DNA from: Balanoglossus misakiensis
Lineage: Eukaryota > Animalia > Hemichordata
Assembly: GCA_040954595.2 (NCBI GenBank)
Contig: CM082579.2
Location: forward strand, 9,165,625 to 9,229,624
DNA length: 64,000 nt
Direction: 5' to 3'
In this document: positions 29,800-43,400 of the stretch, in pieces
Numbering within the stretch: position 1 is the stretch's first letter
Layout of the letters: each line of letters opens with the position of its first letter
The notes under the pieces: model-generated
The model's input: the letters and a program-made list of their open reading frames with translations, nothing else
What the model was told of the DNA's origin: nothing
Databases searched by the model: none
Translations under genes and position numbers: made by a program

Positions 29800-32513
29800 C
29801 TTCGAATTTACCGCCACCTGTTGGGAGGTAACACCAGGTGCATATTTTACTAGGGTAGCCTATCACGCTTTAGTTTTCATGGGGCTGTAGGCCCAGAGCG
29901 GTTATTTATATGTGAACAGGTCGCCATACACTACACTTACTTACCTGTCGCTGTTAAAATTCGTTTTCGCTCCCGATTCAAAGAGACCCAGGCAAGGCAA
30001 GTTGACCACTACACAAATGACTTGTTGATCTGTGCACTGCTGAAGGACAGTCTGTCAGCTGACAACGCATGTGACTTGCACACGGTGGGTCAAAGGTCAG
30101 CCTTGCATCAAATTCGGTTCTGGAACGCTAATCTAAGTATGCTGAGTATCCCTACTATAATATAGGGACAGGTATTGTGGATTTGTAAATAAGAGAGTAC
30201 AAAAATGTGTTATTTAATGTAAACATAAAGTACGTAGACATACTTTCTCTCGGCCTGGAGTAGGCCGCCTAGTACCATGTGTTGCGTCGGCTATATGGCC
30301 ATGATTTCGGGGCCATATATGCTACCTATACCCTAGTCATTGTTTTGATAATACCCGGTATATTATAAAAGCACATACTCGCACACACACAAACGTTCTT
30401 TACAATCGCCCAACTCCACTTAGGTGAAATGAATTTGTTTGATTCAAATAATCATCCTCGTGCTATAATGTAAAGGGAAAAATAAGACAACTACAAATAT
30501 TCAAGTTTCACTGAGCGACAAGTAAAAAATAAAAAGACAACATGTGACTTTTATCCCTAAAATGTTTATTAATATATATCAAGCAGGTATAGGAACAATA
30601 TCAGACTCTCATATTCCTATAAATTGAAATCTACATATATACACGACGTGAAACCCTTGCAATTTTATTTTTTACAAATTCTTCTCTTGAAAGATAATAA
30701 AAAGGTTTGTTCATAAACTACAGAGTATAATTCCGTGTCGATGTGAAAACAAATTTTAAGACTCTAGTAAATGTCAACGTTTCAACGTTTTTTCTTGATA
30801 CCATTCAAAGCTTTGTCCGGCTTCTTGTGCGACTGTAAATATATCTGAAATAGTGCGCATGTGCACCTGGGTTTACTTTGGCGACACATCGAGGTATGAC
30901 GTCAGAAGTCGCAAGGATCGGGTGCTCGATGAGGAGAAAGTTCAACGACCCCGACTGAAAAGTGGCCGCTATGCACCATGGGGCTCTGAGTTTGTTCTGT
31001 AATGAGTGCTTCACTGACCTGTGCTATGTATAGAATCGCAACTCTCAATAATACATGCGCGCACTCAAATAAAAGAGTGTAAACAATGTCTTTCCAATTT
31101 GATTTTTTAAAAGAAAGAAACACATCGCCTTCTTGAATTGTCGAGGCGGTGGTTTATGATGCAAGGGCTTGATAAAAACTTCAGATCTGTTCAAACATGC
31201 GCGAGAATGAAATGTGAGTGTAAGGTGTAAGAGGGAGGGGAGGGGGAGGGAGGGAGAGAGAGAGGGGAGAGAGGGAGGGTGGGAGGGAGGGAGAGGGAGT
31301 ATACTGAGCTCGGCAAGTTCAAACGCTTCGATGCAATCGTTTGAAATGTAGCTCCGAATTGTTTCATTCCGACAACGTAGATGTACAGTGTGTATAAAAG
31401 TTAACATCGAATATCGACATAATGTACCGTACGGTCAGAATACCTAAATATATAATCTGAATTCTGTAATTTACACACGATGTGTATATGTACAGACTGA
31501 AAAAGTTTTGCATAACTTAGATTGCTTCACAAGATAGAATTATAAACTGAGAAGAATTGTATTGTAGACACCATAGTGTGTGATTGTCGTTTCAATATCA
31601 TAATACCCGAAAAACTTGACAATGAAATGAAACTCGCAGAAAGTCTATGTGAGCGATAAAAGTTTTACCAAGGCTGTAGAAAATTTTTTACTGTATTTTC
31701 GTCATTCAAAAAATCGTTACTGGGAAACAAAAAGAAATGCGAGGCACGTGTTATTCCAGGATCCACAAAATACATTTTGTACGGCGGTGTAAACCGCTGC
31801 TCTTGAGATGTAAGGGTAAGCTGCCTTAATACATTGTAATCATCGCCAATCGAAAATTTATTTGCGAGTGTTATGAGAATGACAAAGACAGCTGGGTGAG
31901 AACACTGCGAGTCTTCGACACCCAAGCGCAGGCGTCGAACTGAATATTTTCTTCACAGTATCACGGTTTGTACATGCAGCTGCTTGCCGCATGGACGTCG
32001 ACGATTCCACGCGTCGGTAAGTCAGTATAACCGCGGTTTTTTCCCTCTCTCCACCCGAACTTTCCACTTCCCGTAGGTCAACAAGAGGTAGAGCGTATGC
32101 ATGAACTGTTCTCATCGACTTCTGCGATCGACTGCACACCCACAAGACTAATATTCAACAAAGTGTCCTAAACGGCTTTCAAGAAAACTTGTAAAAAGAC
32201 GGAGAACAAGTCAAATACTGTGACGTAGGCTCTTTGTCCGCGACAACCTTGAAAAATCGTGCATAGTTTAGACCCAAACCAGGTGGCGGTACTAATAATA
32301 TTCAGTAACTCGTCTCTCGTAATGATGCAGCCTCGTGAGGATACAGTTGATTGCACAAAAAACAGGGCTGTAATATTTTCAGTTGTTCACACACGGTTTT
32401 CCAAAGAGCTGAAAGGTCCGCATGTCCAGAGCTGCCCTCAGCCAATTTTTAATACTTCGGCTAAATTCAAACGAGTCTCAAATTTAGGCTGTTGGAATTT
32501 CCAACAAAAAAAA

Positions 32514-35500
32514 TCATAGGTCCGTATTCGGCATTCGACCATTGTACATATACCTGGTCGTCACGTCGTCACCGTCTGAACTCCGCCCGCCCCACAGAAA
32601 CGAGGATCTCTTGGCGGGCATTTTCATCAACGGAATGCCGTTGTTATCGTCCTCTTGAGATTCCGTGAGCGCAGCGTCCTGTTCTTGGACAGCGCCACTC
32701 ACGGTAGCGATTTCCGAGTCGTCCTGGCAGAGCGGATCGCCGTAACCGGAATCGGCCTGCGACGGGATTTGCGGGGGTGACGCCACGCTGCCACCCTCGT
32801 CCTGTTCCTCGGCGGAGTCCTGCGACTGAAAGCTAGCGTTTTGCGAGGCCACTCCCGAAGTGCTGGGGGACTCGTCCGACGATCCCTGCGGGCTCTGCGG
32901 CCAGGGCGGCATGACGTCGGCCTCGACTACATTTGCGTGAACGTCTCGACATTTGAAAGCGCCGCGCGCTACCGCCGCGGAGGCCGCCTCCAGACTCCCA
33001 GAAACCGTCGACAGGCGCCGTTGCTGTTGTTCACCGCTGTGGTTACCGATGTCCTCCGCCTCTTCCTCGTACAGCGTTTCCCCGCTCAAATCTTTGCCGG
33101 GAGACGACAGACCAGGCGACTGGTACTTCAGCAGCCTGTCGCCGCTCGCCGGGGGAGCCGACTTCGTCGAGGCAGACCTCGCCTTCATGGAGGAGATCGA
33201 CTGGCGGCGGAACTCGTTCACCGCGCTGACGACATTTTTCACGCTCCTCACTTTCAGAAAATCGGGCATGGCGTAGTCCTCCTCCTTGATCGGCTCGATT
33301 TTCAGCCTCTTCATCTGCGCCTGATTCTGGTACTGGTATTTTTTGCCCTTTCGCCCGGAGCTGCCGCCCGCGCCAAAGCCCGGAAACCCGGGCTGCAAAT
33401 GAGACGGTAAGCCGTTGGCGGCGCTGTGTTGATTCGCCGAGGTATGATGCTGATGGGGTGTCGACACTTCTCGGCACCCGACGCCCGCCGACCTCTGTCC
33501 GATGAGAGACAGCATCTCGTAGCGGAAAGCGGAGATGTCCTGTTTAATCTCGTTCAAATCGTCTTCGCTCACACCGTCGGCCTTGTCTTCCCGTTTCATA
33601 TTGGCTATGTATCTCTTGATCAGTTTCCTCATCACGTCCTGGAATGGTAAAAAAGCCAACAGCATTTAACAAGAATGGTCGGTAGCACGTATTTGCAACA
33701 CCTTTGGATCATATCAATGTTCGTTTAAATTAACTGCATTCATCTGTTACTTCTGGCGAGTTTAAAAGTTGCGAACGACTCTTGCAGCTGCAAGGCCTTA
33801 TAAGATAAACAAGTCAAATGATGCAGGCATTATAGCGAGTGGATCTAGTCAGGTGGAAATTTCAGAAAATGAGCATTTTAAAAGCATGTCAGGCATTTTT
33901 TGGTACAAGCTGGGAACAAGTTGTTTTTGGATATTTCGAATACGCTGATTTCGAATTTGCCTGTTCCCAAAAATTCTTTTCACGTTTTCATGTCGAAAAT
34001 GGCAAATTAATTTGTGACGTCATAATTTCAAAATACCTAAAAGAAAACGCTGTTTGTAGCCATTATGGTGCAATATCAGAGGTCAACACCATAATAGTCT
34101 ATTGAAATCATATTCTTATATTCATTTAAATATTTTTAAACAATTTTTTTAATTTAGAAACATTTTGTGAATTGGTAAAATGCTAATTTATGTTAATTAG
34201 GTCCAGGTGGAAATTTCGGAAAATGAGCATTTAAAAGCATGTCATTCATTTTTTTGGTACAAGCTGGGAACAAGTTGTTTTTGGATATTTCGAATACGCT
34301 GACTTCGAATTTGCCTGTTCCCAAAAATTCTTTTCACGTTTTCATGTCGAAAATGGCAAATTAATTTGTGACGTCATAATTTCAAAATACCTAAAAGAAA
34401 ACGCTGTTTGTAGCCATTATGGTGCAATATCACAGGTCAACACCATAATAGTCTATTGAAATCATATTCTTATATTCATTTAAATATTTTTAAACAATTT
34501 TTTTAATTTAGAAACATTTTGTGAATTGGTAAAATGCTAATTTATGTTAATTAGGTCCAGGTGGAAATTTCAGAAAATGAGCATTTTAAAAGCATGTCAT
34601 TCATTTTTTTGGTACAAGCTGGGAACAAGTTGTTTTTGGATATTTCGAATACGCTGACTTCGAATTTGCCTGTTCCCAAAAATTCTTTTCACGTTTTCAT
34701 GTCGAAAATGGCAAGTTAATTTGTGACGTCATAATTTCAAAATACCTAAAAGAAAACGCTGTTTGTAGCCATTATGGTGCAATATCACAGGTCAACACCA
34801 TAATAGTCTATTGAAATCATATTCTTATATTCATTTAAATATTTTTAAACAATTTGTTTAATTTAGAAACATTTGGTGAATTGGTAAAAATGCTAATTTA
34901 TGTTAATTAGGTGACACGCCCATCTAAAATCAATGGGTCTACAAAAGAGAGCCAACGGTGTTAAGTGAGGTGTCTATTCCAATGTTTTCAGGGTCAAGGA
35001 ATTCAAATATGCAATCGTTTACCTTGTCAGACAAGGTGCAGCATGGAAAATATGCAAAATTAGCTTAATTAGTCATGATGTCATGCTAAAATTGACAACT
35101 GAAAGCTAAAGATACGACTTTGGCCTGTCAGGTGTCTATTCATATGTTTTTTGACAAATGTTTGCATTTTAATGAATAACTGAAATGAAACTTTTCATAT
35201 TTGTATGTAATAGCATGTAAAAAACAACAAAATCAAACAAACTAACAAACAAACAAACAAATAAACATACACAACGAGGATTTAGTTTAGACTGTACATG
35301 CTCGCTGGTAACATCGTGACCGACCGCTCCGTTAAAAAACACCAGAACATTGAACGTATGAACGTTTAGGTCCACAATTCACAAGTTATTGAACTATGAA
35401 TGTATGTTCAATGTTGTGAAAAGCCAAAAACATACTTTTTGCCAACAAAACTGACATTTGTTAACGTACAAGTTGTTCATTAATAGCGAAAGCACCGTAT

Positions 35501-38500
35501 GGCCACACTCACATTATGCCAGCACCATATATTCATGCTTAGTTATAAGACGTTGAATGCACACTGATGGCCCGACGTCCTCGGTGTTTTTTTGAAACCC
35601 GGTCTCTAACAACAATTTCTCTTCATAAGTAAAGAGTAATGTGTATTTTTATTACGGTTTTATATATGATACTGTGTGCAAAGTGAAGATTGTGTCAGTG
35701 AGGCAACATATATACATGTATGTTTAATCCACTTGGGTGACGTACTTGGCTCAGATGTGTGTTAATGTGTACTAAACAAATTCAGATAGCGAGCCACAAT
35801 ATCTGTTGATGAGTTTCCATGGCAATTTTTTCAAAATGGCCGCCAATACAGATAATCTCACCCACAAAATACCAATTATAAAACACCAAAATAAATTCAT
35901 ATTACAATATTTGAAACAAGAAACTGCTCAAGGAGTAATTTTCAAAATATTTATCATCACTAAACTAGTTATAGGGGTAAATACAGGATCGAGATTCAGT
36001 CGCTAAAGAAATTCAAGTTTGGTAATAACACCGGTTACAACAAACTTAGTTAAAACACTGTATAACCATAGATATATTATAATAGTGGCCTGGCATAAAC
36101 AAAATTTTCATAACATTTGGGCATTTTGTGATAAAAGTTTAACAAGTAAAGCTCAGTTGATTCGTTCTTTTCCCCATAAAAATATCTTTGATGAACAAAA
36201 TTCCAAATTTAGTCAACCCAGGAAAAACGGCATCTTGTTTCTCAACCTTATAAATTGATCTGACCAGTTTGAATCAGTGCAGAATCTAGCTTTTCTATTT
36301 TATCTTCATCAAATGATTTATGCAAATAAAGAATCACTTCCCCATAAAATGGTGGCAGAAATCCAGTATCATGACAGTCGATTGGTTTGTTAAAGTTACT
36401 ATAGAAACTAACTATGTCTAGGTTGCATGTACATAGATAGATGTTAGGAATCCAAATCAAAATCTGTTTCAAACTTTTCATCCAATACTTGTCCTTCGGA
36501 AAGCGTTTTGATGAAGTCGCTTGAAGTGCTTTGTATTGCTCAAGTTATCGATAATTTTAATCGCACCTTGATGATAGTCAGCAGTTCTATTTTGACATGT
36601 TATTTTGTGTATTTTTGAACCCCCAAAATTAAAGAATAAAATGATAAAGTGAAAATAAGCTTCAAAACACCAAAAGTTTCCAGGATCACAGCTTTTCTGT
36701 AAAGAGTAAGATTTCGCTTACTTCATGCTATTAAATGAAATGAAGTTTTCCGTAATATCTCTTGCAAAGTCAGATTACACATTGAGATATTAGAATGGAA
36801 GTACATTCCAAGTGACTTGTTGGGAGCATTGGGCCACCTAATCCCAGAAAATTGCAATAAGACCTGTTTTTCCATTTACCAATCTAAAGGCCAACTGCTT
36901 GTATATTTAGTTGGGTTTCTATAATTAACACACATTTTTGACAATATTTATGGCATGATGGACACTATTCTCGACAAATAAAATAATGTTGTGTCCTCCG
37001 CTGTAATTTTTATGAGTTTGGAATCATAGACACCATTTATTTTTTGGTCAACTCTGTTAACAGTCGACAAAACTGCTGGAGTGGAACTGATACATGATCT
37101 AAAGTATCAAGACATATGGTCGATTATTAACGTTTCAGCAATTCGACTTAAGTTTCTTAAATTTCCTATGGCATTTTGACAAACATCAACGCCCCGAAAA
37201 AACGTTGTCAACGCTGCGGTCGCGATTGTGGTCGAAACAAAGCCGACATTTTCGCATGGTTCGTTACCCGGGGTCCATTTAGATTGCATTGCGTTTGAGG
37301 CCCTATGTGTATGTCTGACGACCAATAAACGTGACGACCGCGGACTCAGTTTGGATCAACGTCTATTTCGGGCAGTAGACTCTCCTATCAAGTTGATAAG
37401 GAAATTTTACCAGTCACGAGTAAGCCAAGCCCACATCCGTGTGCAAATCTGATATATCGGTGATCTGTTTATATGATTATCATTAGCTAAGGTGGTAAAT
37501 TGTTGTGATTCATATGTGTAATTTACGTACTGCAAGTTAAATATCGCAATTAGCCTAATGTTTGACCATAGACAGTATGGTTTGATTTCTAGAGGAGCAC
37601 CTATTAATCCGAGAACAAAGGGATTAAAAGTTGCGCCGTTAAATTGTGTTTTAATAACTTACTTACCCCTATAAGTAGTTTAGTAACCATAATATCTTTG
37701 AAAATCATTGTTTCCACAGTTCCTTGTATCAAATATAGAAATCTAAATTTATTTTGGTGTTCACAGATGTTATTTGGTGGGTGAAATTATCTGTATTGGT
37801 GGCCATTTTGAAAAATTGGTTGCCATGGAAACTCATCAACAGATATTTAGTGGCTCGCTATCTGAATTTGTTTAGTACACATTAACACACATCTGAGCCA
37901 AGTTTGGTGCTTTTATCACAAAATGCACAATCGCTATGAAAATTAGGGTTTGGCCGCTCCACTACAGGGCTTTAGACGGCCATATTGAATTGCCACATCG
38001 AGGCTCTTATCTCAAAATGAACTTCACACTTGAAGTATTGTTTTGAACAAGGTTTAAGTCCTTTATTAAAATAAAGAAAAGGTAATTTTTTCCAATGGTT
38101 GTGAGTTTTCAGTACATGTACTGTTACACCTAGCTTTATTATTATTTGGTAGCCAAAAATCAACGAATTATTCATACAATATGCAAATTTGTGCATAATT
38201 ATTGTTTTATTATTGCTATTTTGTGTTTATACAACCAAAAAAGTTGTTGATGTAAACATGTAGTTTATTTTCATTGTTTAAGGAGGTACGTGAACATTTC
38301 TTTGATGCTATTCATGTGAGAATTGCGATCCTTGGCGGCCATATTTGATTTGCCAAAACGAGGCTCTTATCTCAAAAAGATCTTTTGGGAACAGGCATTT
38401 TCGAAATCAGCGTAGTCGAATTGACCAAAAAACATATTTGGTTTGCTTGTACCAAAAAATGCCAGAGGGGGTCACAATTTCTCAAATCTCCACCTGACTA

Positions 38501-40427
38501 ATCTGGTGTATTATTTATTTTTCCCCATTTCACTCATTATAGTCGTCCAAAAAACAACAAATGAACGGACCTACCTGATACTCGGAATCTTTCAACCTCC
38601 GTTCTGTTTGCATTTTCTGTCCGTCAGAAATGGAAAGCGCAAAGAGTGAGAAGAGGAAAATAATAGGCATCAGGAAAAATACCAAATTGTATACAAAAAT
38701 ATATACATGTACTATAATACGATTTGGGAGTTCGTTGCAAGTACATGTACTATATACATAATTATGATGTGCTTGTATAGTTTATGTCCATGCTATGGTG
38801 CTTATTATCTACAGTTGAATAGATGTTCACCAAAAGAATTGAATGAATAATGCAATGATGAATGTTTTTTTGTTTCTTGTCTCTATAGATTGTACAGTAT
38901 GGTACATATTCATACTCATCAATGTATGTGTGTTCAAACGATAGGACAAGTTATCTACACCTGAAAATAACCCTGAGATGTTACTATTCGCTATTCTCGC
39001 TGAAAGACTCCATGTACGAAAACTATAGGATCATTAGATACATTCCATCGTCATTGACACGTACTTTAAAGGTTCTACAATTCATGCGAATGATCGATAA
39101 ATATCGGCGTGCACGATACACCTGTGTGCGTCTCGCATTATATGACATTATTACCATGACAATGGGTGATAGATTACGGAATTTGCAAATTGGCTGGCCG
39201 GTTTATGCCAAATACTCGGATTCAACAACTGGTAACTCCCGTGGAGGTTCAGAAGACCGACGTCATATAGATAAAAGCCTCAGTAACGATTTTCTTGCAG
39301 TCATCAAGTGATCCTTATCAGATTGCACATGAAATAACAGTTACGTTTGAATGCGCAAATAATACAGCGTCGCTTTAGAGATATTCACGAAAATTTAGAC
39401 ATTGTGCGCATGATCAGTGTTTTCGGAGACCAATTTAAACAAACAAGTGACGTCGTTTACTTTAAAAGCAGTCAATAGATTGTGAGTATTTGACATATTA
39501 AAAGCACGTCGCCATTTGCAAATTCCCTCTGGCCAGACTACAGATCCCAGGCCTATACGTAATAATGTGTGAGTATTGTAAGAGTTATTCTAGCTGTTAG
39601 TTGGAAATGGACAATTAACGATTAGTTTCTATAACAGAGAGTGATATGGAGGAACACAGATTACACACTTTTATGACCATCAAGCATGCCGGAAAAGGTG
39701 ACAGATTGACATTACTTATTTTGCAGGCAGTGGCTAGACGAGAAGGTTGACAGACCGGCTGAACATGATAAAGGTTCGTTTGTATTTGCACATGCGCGTG
39801 GACTAGCGCAAGCGCGCATGTGCATTTGTACTTTCTTATTGCAGCTGTGGAATCGAGCTAAAAACCGGACTACTTGCGCCAGCGATGTTTTTGGTCACTC
39901 AGCAAAAATGTGCCCCACAATCTGTTACAGTTAAGTGCGAGAAGAGCTCCAGCCAAACTTAAGCAGAGATGTGCTAATTATAATACGGTGAAATTGGCGA
40001 AGGATAATATTGCGTATTTCTTGGTGTAAGAATATTTGTGATTTAGCGTTCCACGGAGAGGGCCGTTTTATTTCTGACGTAACCATCGAACATCGTCAGT
40101 CAAGTAGTCCTGTACCACACTGTCGCGGCGTTGTGCGCACACGGGTGATTTTTAGCTCGTTACGTCAGCCGTCGATATCATGAGGGCGTCTGTTTCTTTT
40201 TTGTTGGTTGCTTACCTGGACTTCGGGCTGTGTATCGTTAGTGGGAAATGTGAGAGGTTTAGTGCATAGGAGCGAAGATATATGAAAGAGAAAACGTGAG
40301 ATAATTCAAACGATAAAAGCTTTGTCATGAGGGCAGAAGACGCGTAAAGTGCGAAGCGGCAAGATAGGAAATGCGACGATACACAACAACTGGACAAGTG
40401 ACGTGACCAAATGAGTAAAAATTCATC

Positions 40428-40485
<58 letters not shown>

Positions 40486-43400
40486 ATTGTAACCATATTT
40501 CATATGAAGCACAAACACCTTAGTTCGATATCAGGTATGTTAAACGTTGCAAAACATTCCAAACAAAAATTTCGTTTGCATGGTGTCCATTTCTAGTAAT
40601 TTCTTCAGTGAGTTATTATAATTTGTTGACCGTTGTCATTTCTCTTCGAGAACTGCTTATCTGGAAATTGACGCAATGCATGATGGTAGTCTTGAATGAC
40701 TCTAAATCAAATATGTACAAAACAGGGCATAGATTTGAAGCGATTTACTGATCATCAACCGTAGTTGTATCAATGCAGTCTCTTGTTTATAAACGTCGTC
40801 GGGATGGCCCATACAAAAAACAACAACAACAACAACAACTGAACTAACCCGCGAACTCTTGGTGGCGCTGCGCTGTAACCGTTCCACCTGTCCACAGCAC
40901 ATGTTCTTCATCCACTGGAACAGGTAGAACACAGTCTTCGGGGTGGGGATAATGTTGAACGGCACGGGTAGGGTGCCGCCCTCCTCAAAATAACTCATCC
41001 ATAGCCTCGACCTCGCAAACTTCCATTCCATGTCAGCTTTATTCTGTCAAAAATAGACGAATAACACTATACACTGCCATATTATGCAAACTTTACCGAG
41101 CCATCGACCGGCGCTGACACACTGCTCTGACACTCCGCGAGATGAAAATGCATTTATTGAATAGTATGTCGTTTTTAACGTTTCAATTGGTTGGTTGAGA
41201 GTAAACGCAGGGAACGACCCAAACCATAAGAACCATCATCATGAAAAAAAATCACGTAAATTTTATCGGTCGAATGACCAAAACGTTCCTGTTTTTTGAA
41301 TCAATGTGTGCATGCAAACTCGTCTAGAAATACATGTACATCTTCATTACCAATTTCGTGACAGATAACTTTAAAATTCAAGGGAAAGCACAAAATAAAT
41401 TACTTCCATCACTAAACTAATTGCCCTCTCTTTCTTACCTGGATCTTTTGGAATGAGCTGTTCATCATGGCAATTAGCATATTAATCAACACGATAATTG
41501 ACGTCATGCAGTAGCAGGCCATCATGACCGCGCCAATCCATTCGGTGAACGTGTGGTGCGCCCTCACTTGTGTGTTGTTGATGTCGACGAGACCGAAAAT
41601 GGTCCATATCAGCGTCTCCACTGCATTGAACAGTCTGAAAGATCGGAGAGATACAGGTTCAAGTCAAATCCTGGAATAAGTCCAGATTTTTTTCGATGCA
41701 TTGTTCAATGGCTTTGCCAGACAATAAGTTAGAATGTCACTGCAATGTCCATGGAATAGCTGGAAGGAATGTATCGCCATATATATCACAATAGAATAAA
41801 CTAAGTACAATGTACATGTCTATGCCAAACTCCACCTATTTTGTGATAAAACACGGAAGTTAAAGCGTATGTCTCTTATGCAAATTTAGCCAGTTGCCAT
41901 GGAAATTAAGATTTAGCCAATCTCAGATCTCCTGTGGGTGGCCAAGTTTGTCCACGCAGGGTTTAACTTTCAAAAATTAAACTGAAAACCGCCGTCGAAC
42001 TTTAATAGCAAATTAATGATTCGTGGAGTTGGGAAACTCGGTTTGACCGGAACGGGTTACACATAACTTACGTGGCGTAGGCATTGTTTTGATTTTCGCA
42101 GGTAACTCCCCGGCAGCCGTCATCGCTTGGTTCGTCGTAGAAAAAATAGAGCTGGTTGAGACCGACTGCGAACGAGGATAGCACGAGGATGATGATACAC
42201 AGAAACTTGCAAATGTCCTCCACCATCCTGCCGAGCGAGATCTGCAGCGGTCCCAGTTGTGCGTTTGCAGTGAATAAGTAAAACATCCGGAGGGAGCTAT
42301 GAGATTAAAAAAAAAAACAGTGATGACTACAGCGAGAGTTATGTTACAAAAACGGTGAAAAAATGACGCGTTATGATCTCTCATCAATTCATATCATTAT
42401 GGTAAACTATTGTAATGGGATATTTTGTCTAATGCACCCGAGACTTAATTAATGCCGCGCTGATAGACACAGTAGTGATTTTATTACCACCGCCGGTAAT
42501 TGCAGAGCCTGAGAATGGGCTTCGAGAGTGATAGCCATAAGGTGTCAATCAAATGCCCGTTTTACATTCCGCAAAAATGGATTACAAGTGAACGTACATG
42601 TACATGTACTTGCTTAGGTTACTCTTCACTTAAAACAACAGCATAGTTATCAGGGTTCAGGATAGTCTTGCTTGCCAGACCTCTGACCTGCAACGACTTG
42701 CGAAGCCGCGAGAGCGGGCAGTCATGCATACGTTAGAGCCCACACGCGGCAGCCGAGAGGTCTGACAAGTGAGACGAAGTTCACGGTGACAGCTGCGCAA
42801 AGGAATGGGTGTACATATCTTCATACTCTGAAGTACGGGTATACAGTTTACCTGAAGATATTGGCAACCGCAAACACAGCCTCTGCAACCAGTGTTGGTT
42901 CCCATGCATTCCACTCCCTCCTCGGCAAAGAACTTCCGCGCTCCTAATGAATTGAACGAACGAATAAGTGAATGAATGAATGAATGAATTTTGATGCTCC
43001 TAAGTCATTTATTTCCGGAGTAGGGGTACTTTTCTCGACCGGGCAAAATATCATAAGCGACCTAATTCTGTTATACCGTTAAACGTCCGATGAGTGGGAC
43101 AAATTCGTGGATATGTGAGCTGGTCATTTTACCTGAATGTAGGCCGTCACTCTCAAGCCTATCGTAGCTATGTACATGCTGTTAATTATAAAATCCAACA
43201 AGTTCCACCAGTCTTTCATGTATTCATTCGGTCCTTTGTCCCAAAGCTGCTTGATTTCCGCCCACACGTAGCCTGCGAATGAATTAAAGGGATACTTAAA
43301 TCTGAGTATTCAAAATGATCATGCGATGGCGCACTTTCCGGGGGGGGGGGGAGAGGGGCAAAGATGCCCGCCGTTAACTCACCTGCAACGTAAACCATGA

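Larger units (their letters stand above)
33846..38500. mobile_element. Non-autonomous Academ-like DNA transposon, 4655 bp, in the last TRPC intron
   Basis: Termini TAGTCAGGTGGA... / ...TCCACCTGACTA, imperfect TIR of about 120 bp, and a 3-bp target-site duplication ATC (33843-33845, 38501-38503). TAG..CTA ends with a short TSD are typical of Academ elements. No transposase ORF. Confidence 0.8.

Noticed and set aside
29800-29817. GTG start given in the ORF track for the methyltransferase
   Set aside because: It coincides with a splice acceptor boundary. In a eukaryote the ATG at 29799 is the likely start.
32841-33650. Overlapping plus-strand and alternate-frame ORFs over the TRPC last exon (similar cases at 27214-27953, 28898-29230, 44456-44987, 48556-49076)
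   Set aside because: Shadow ORFs of GC-rich coding exons with no recognisable domains.
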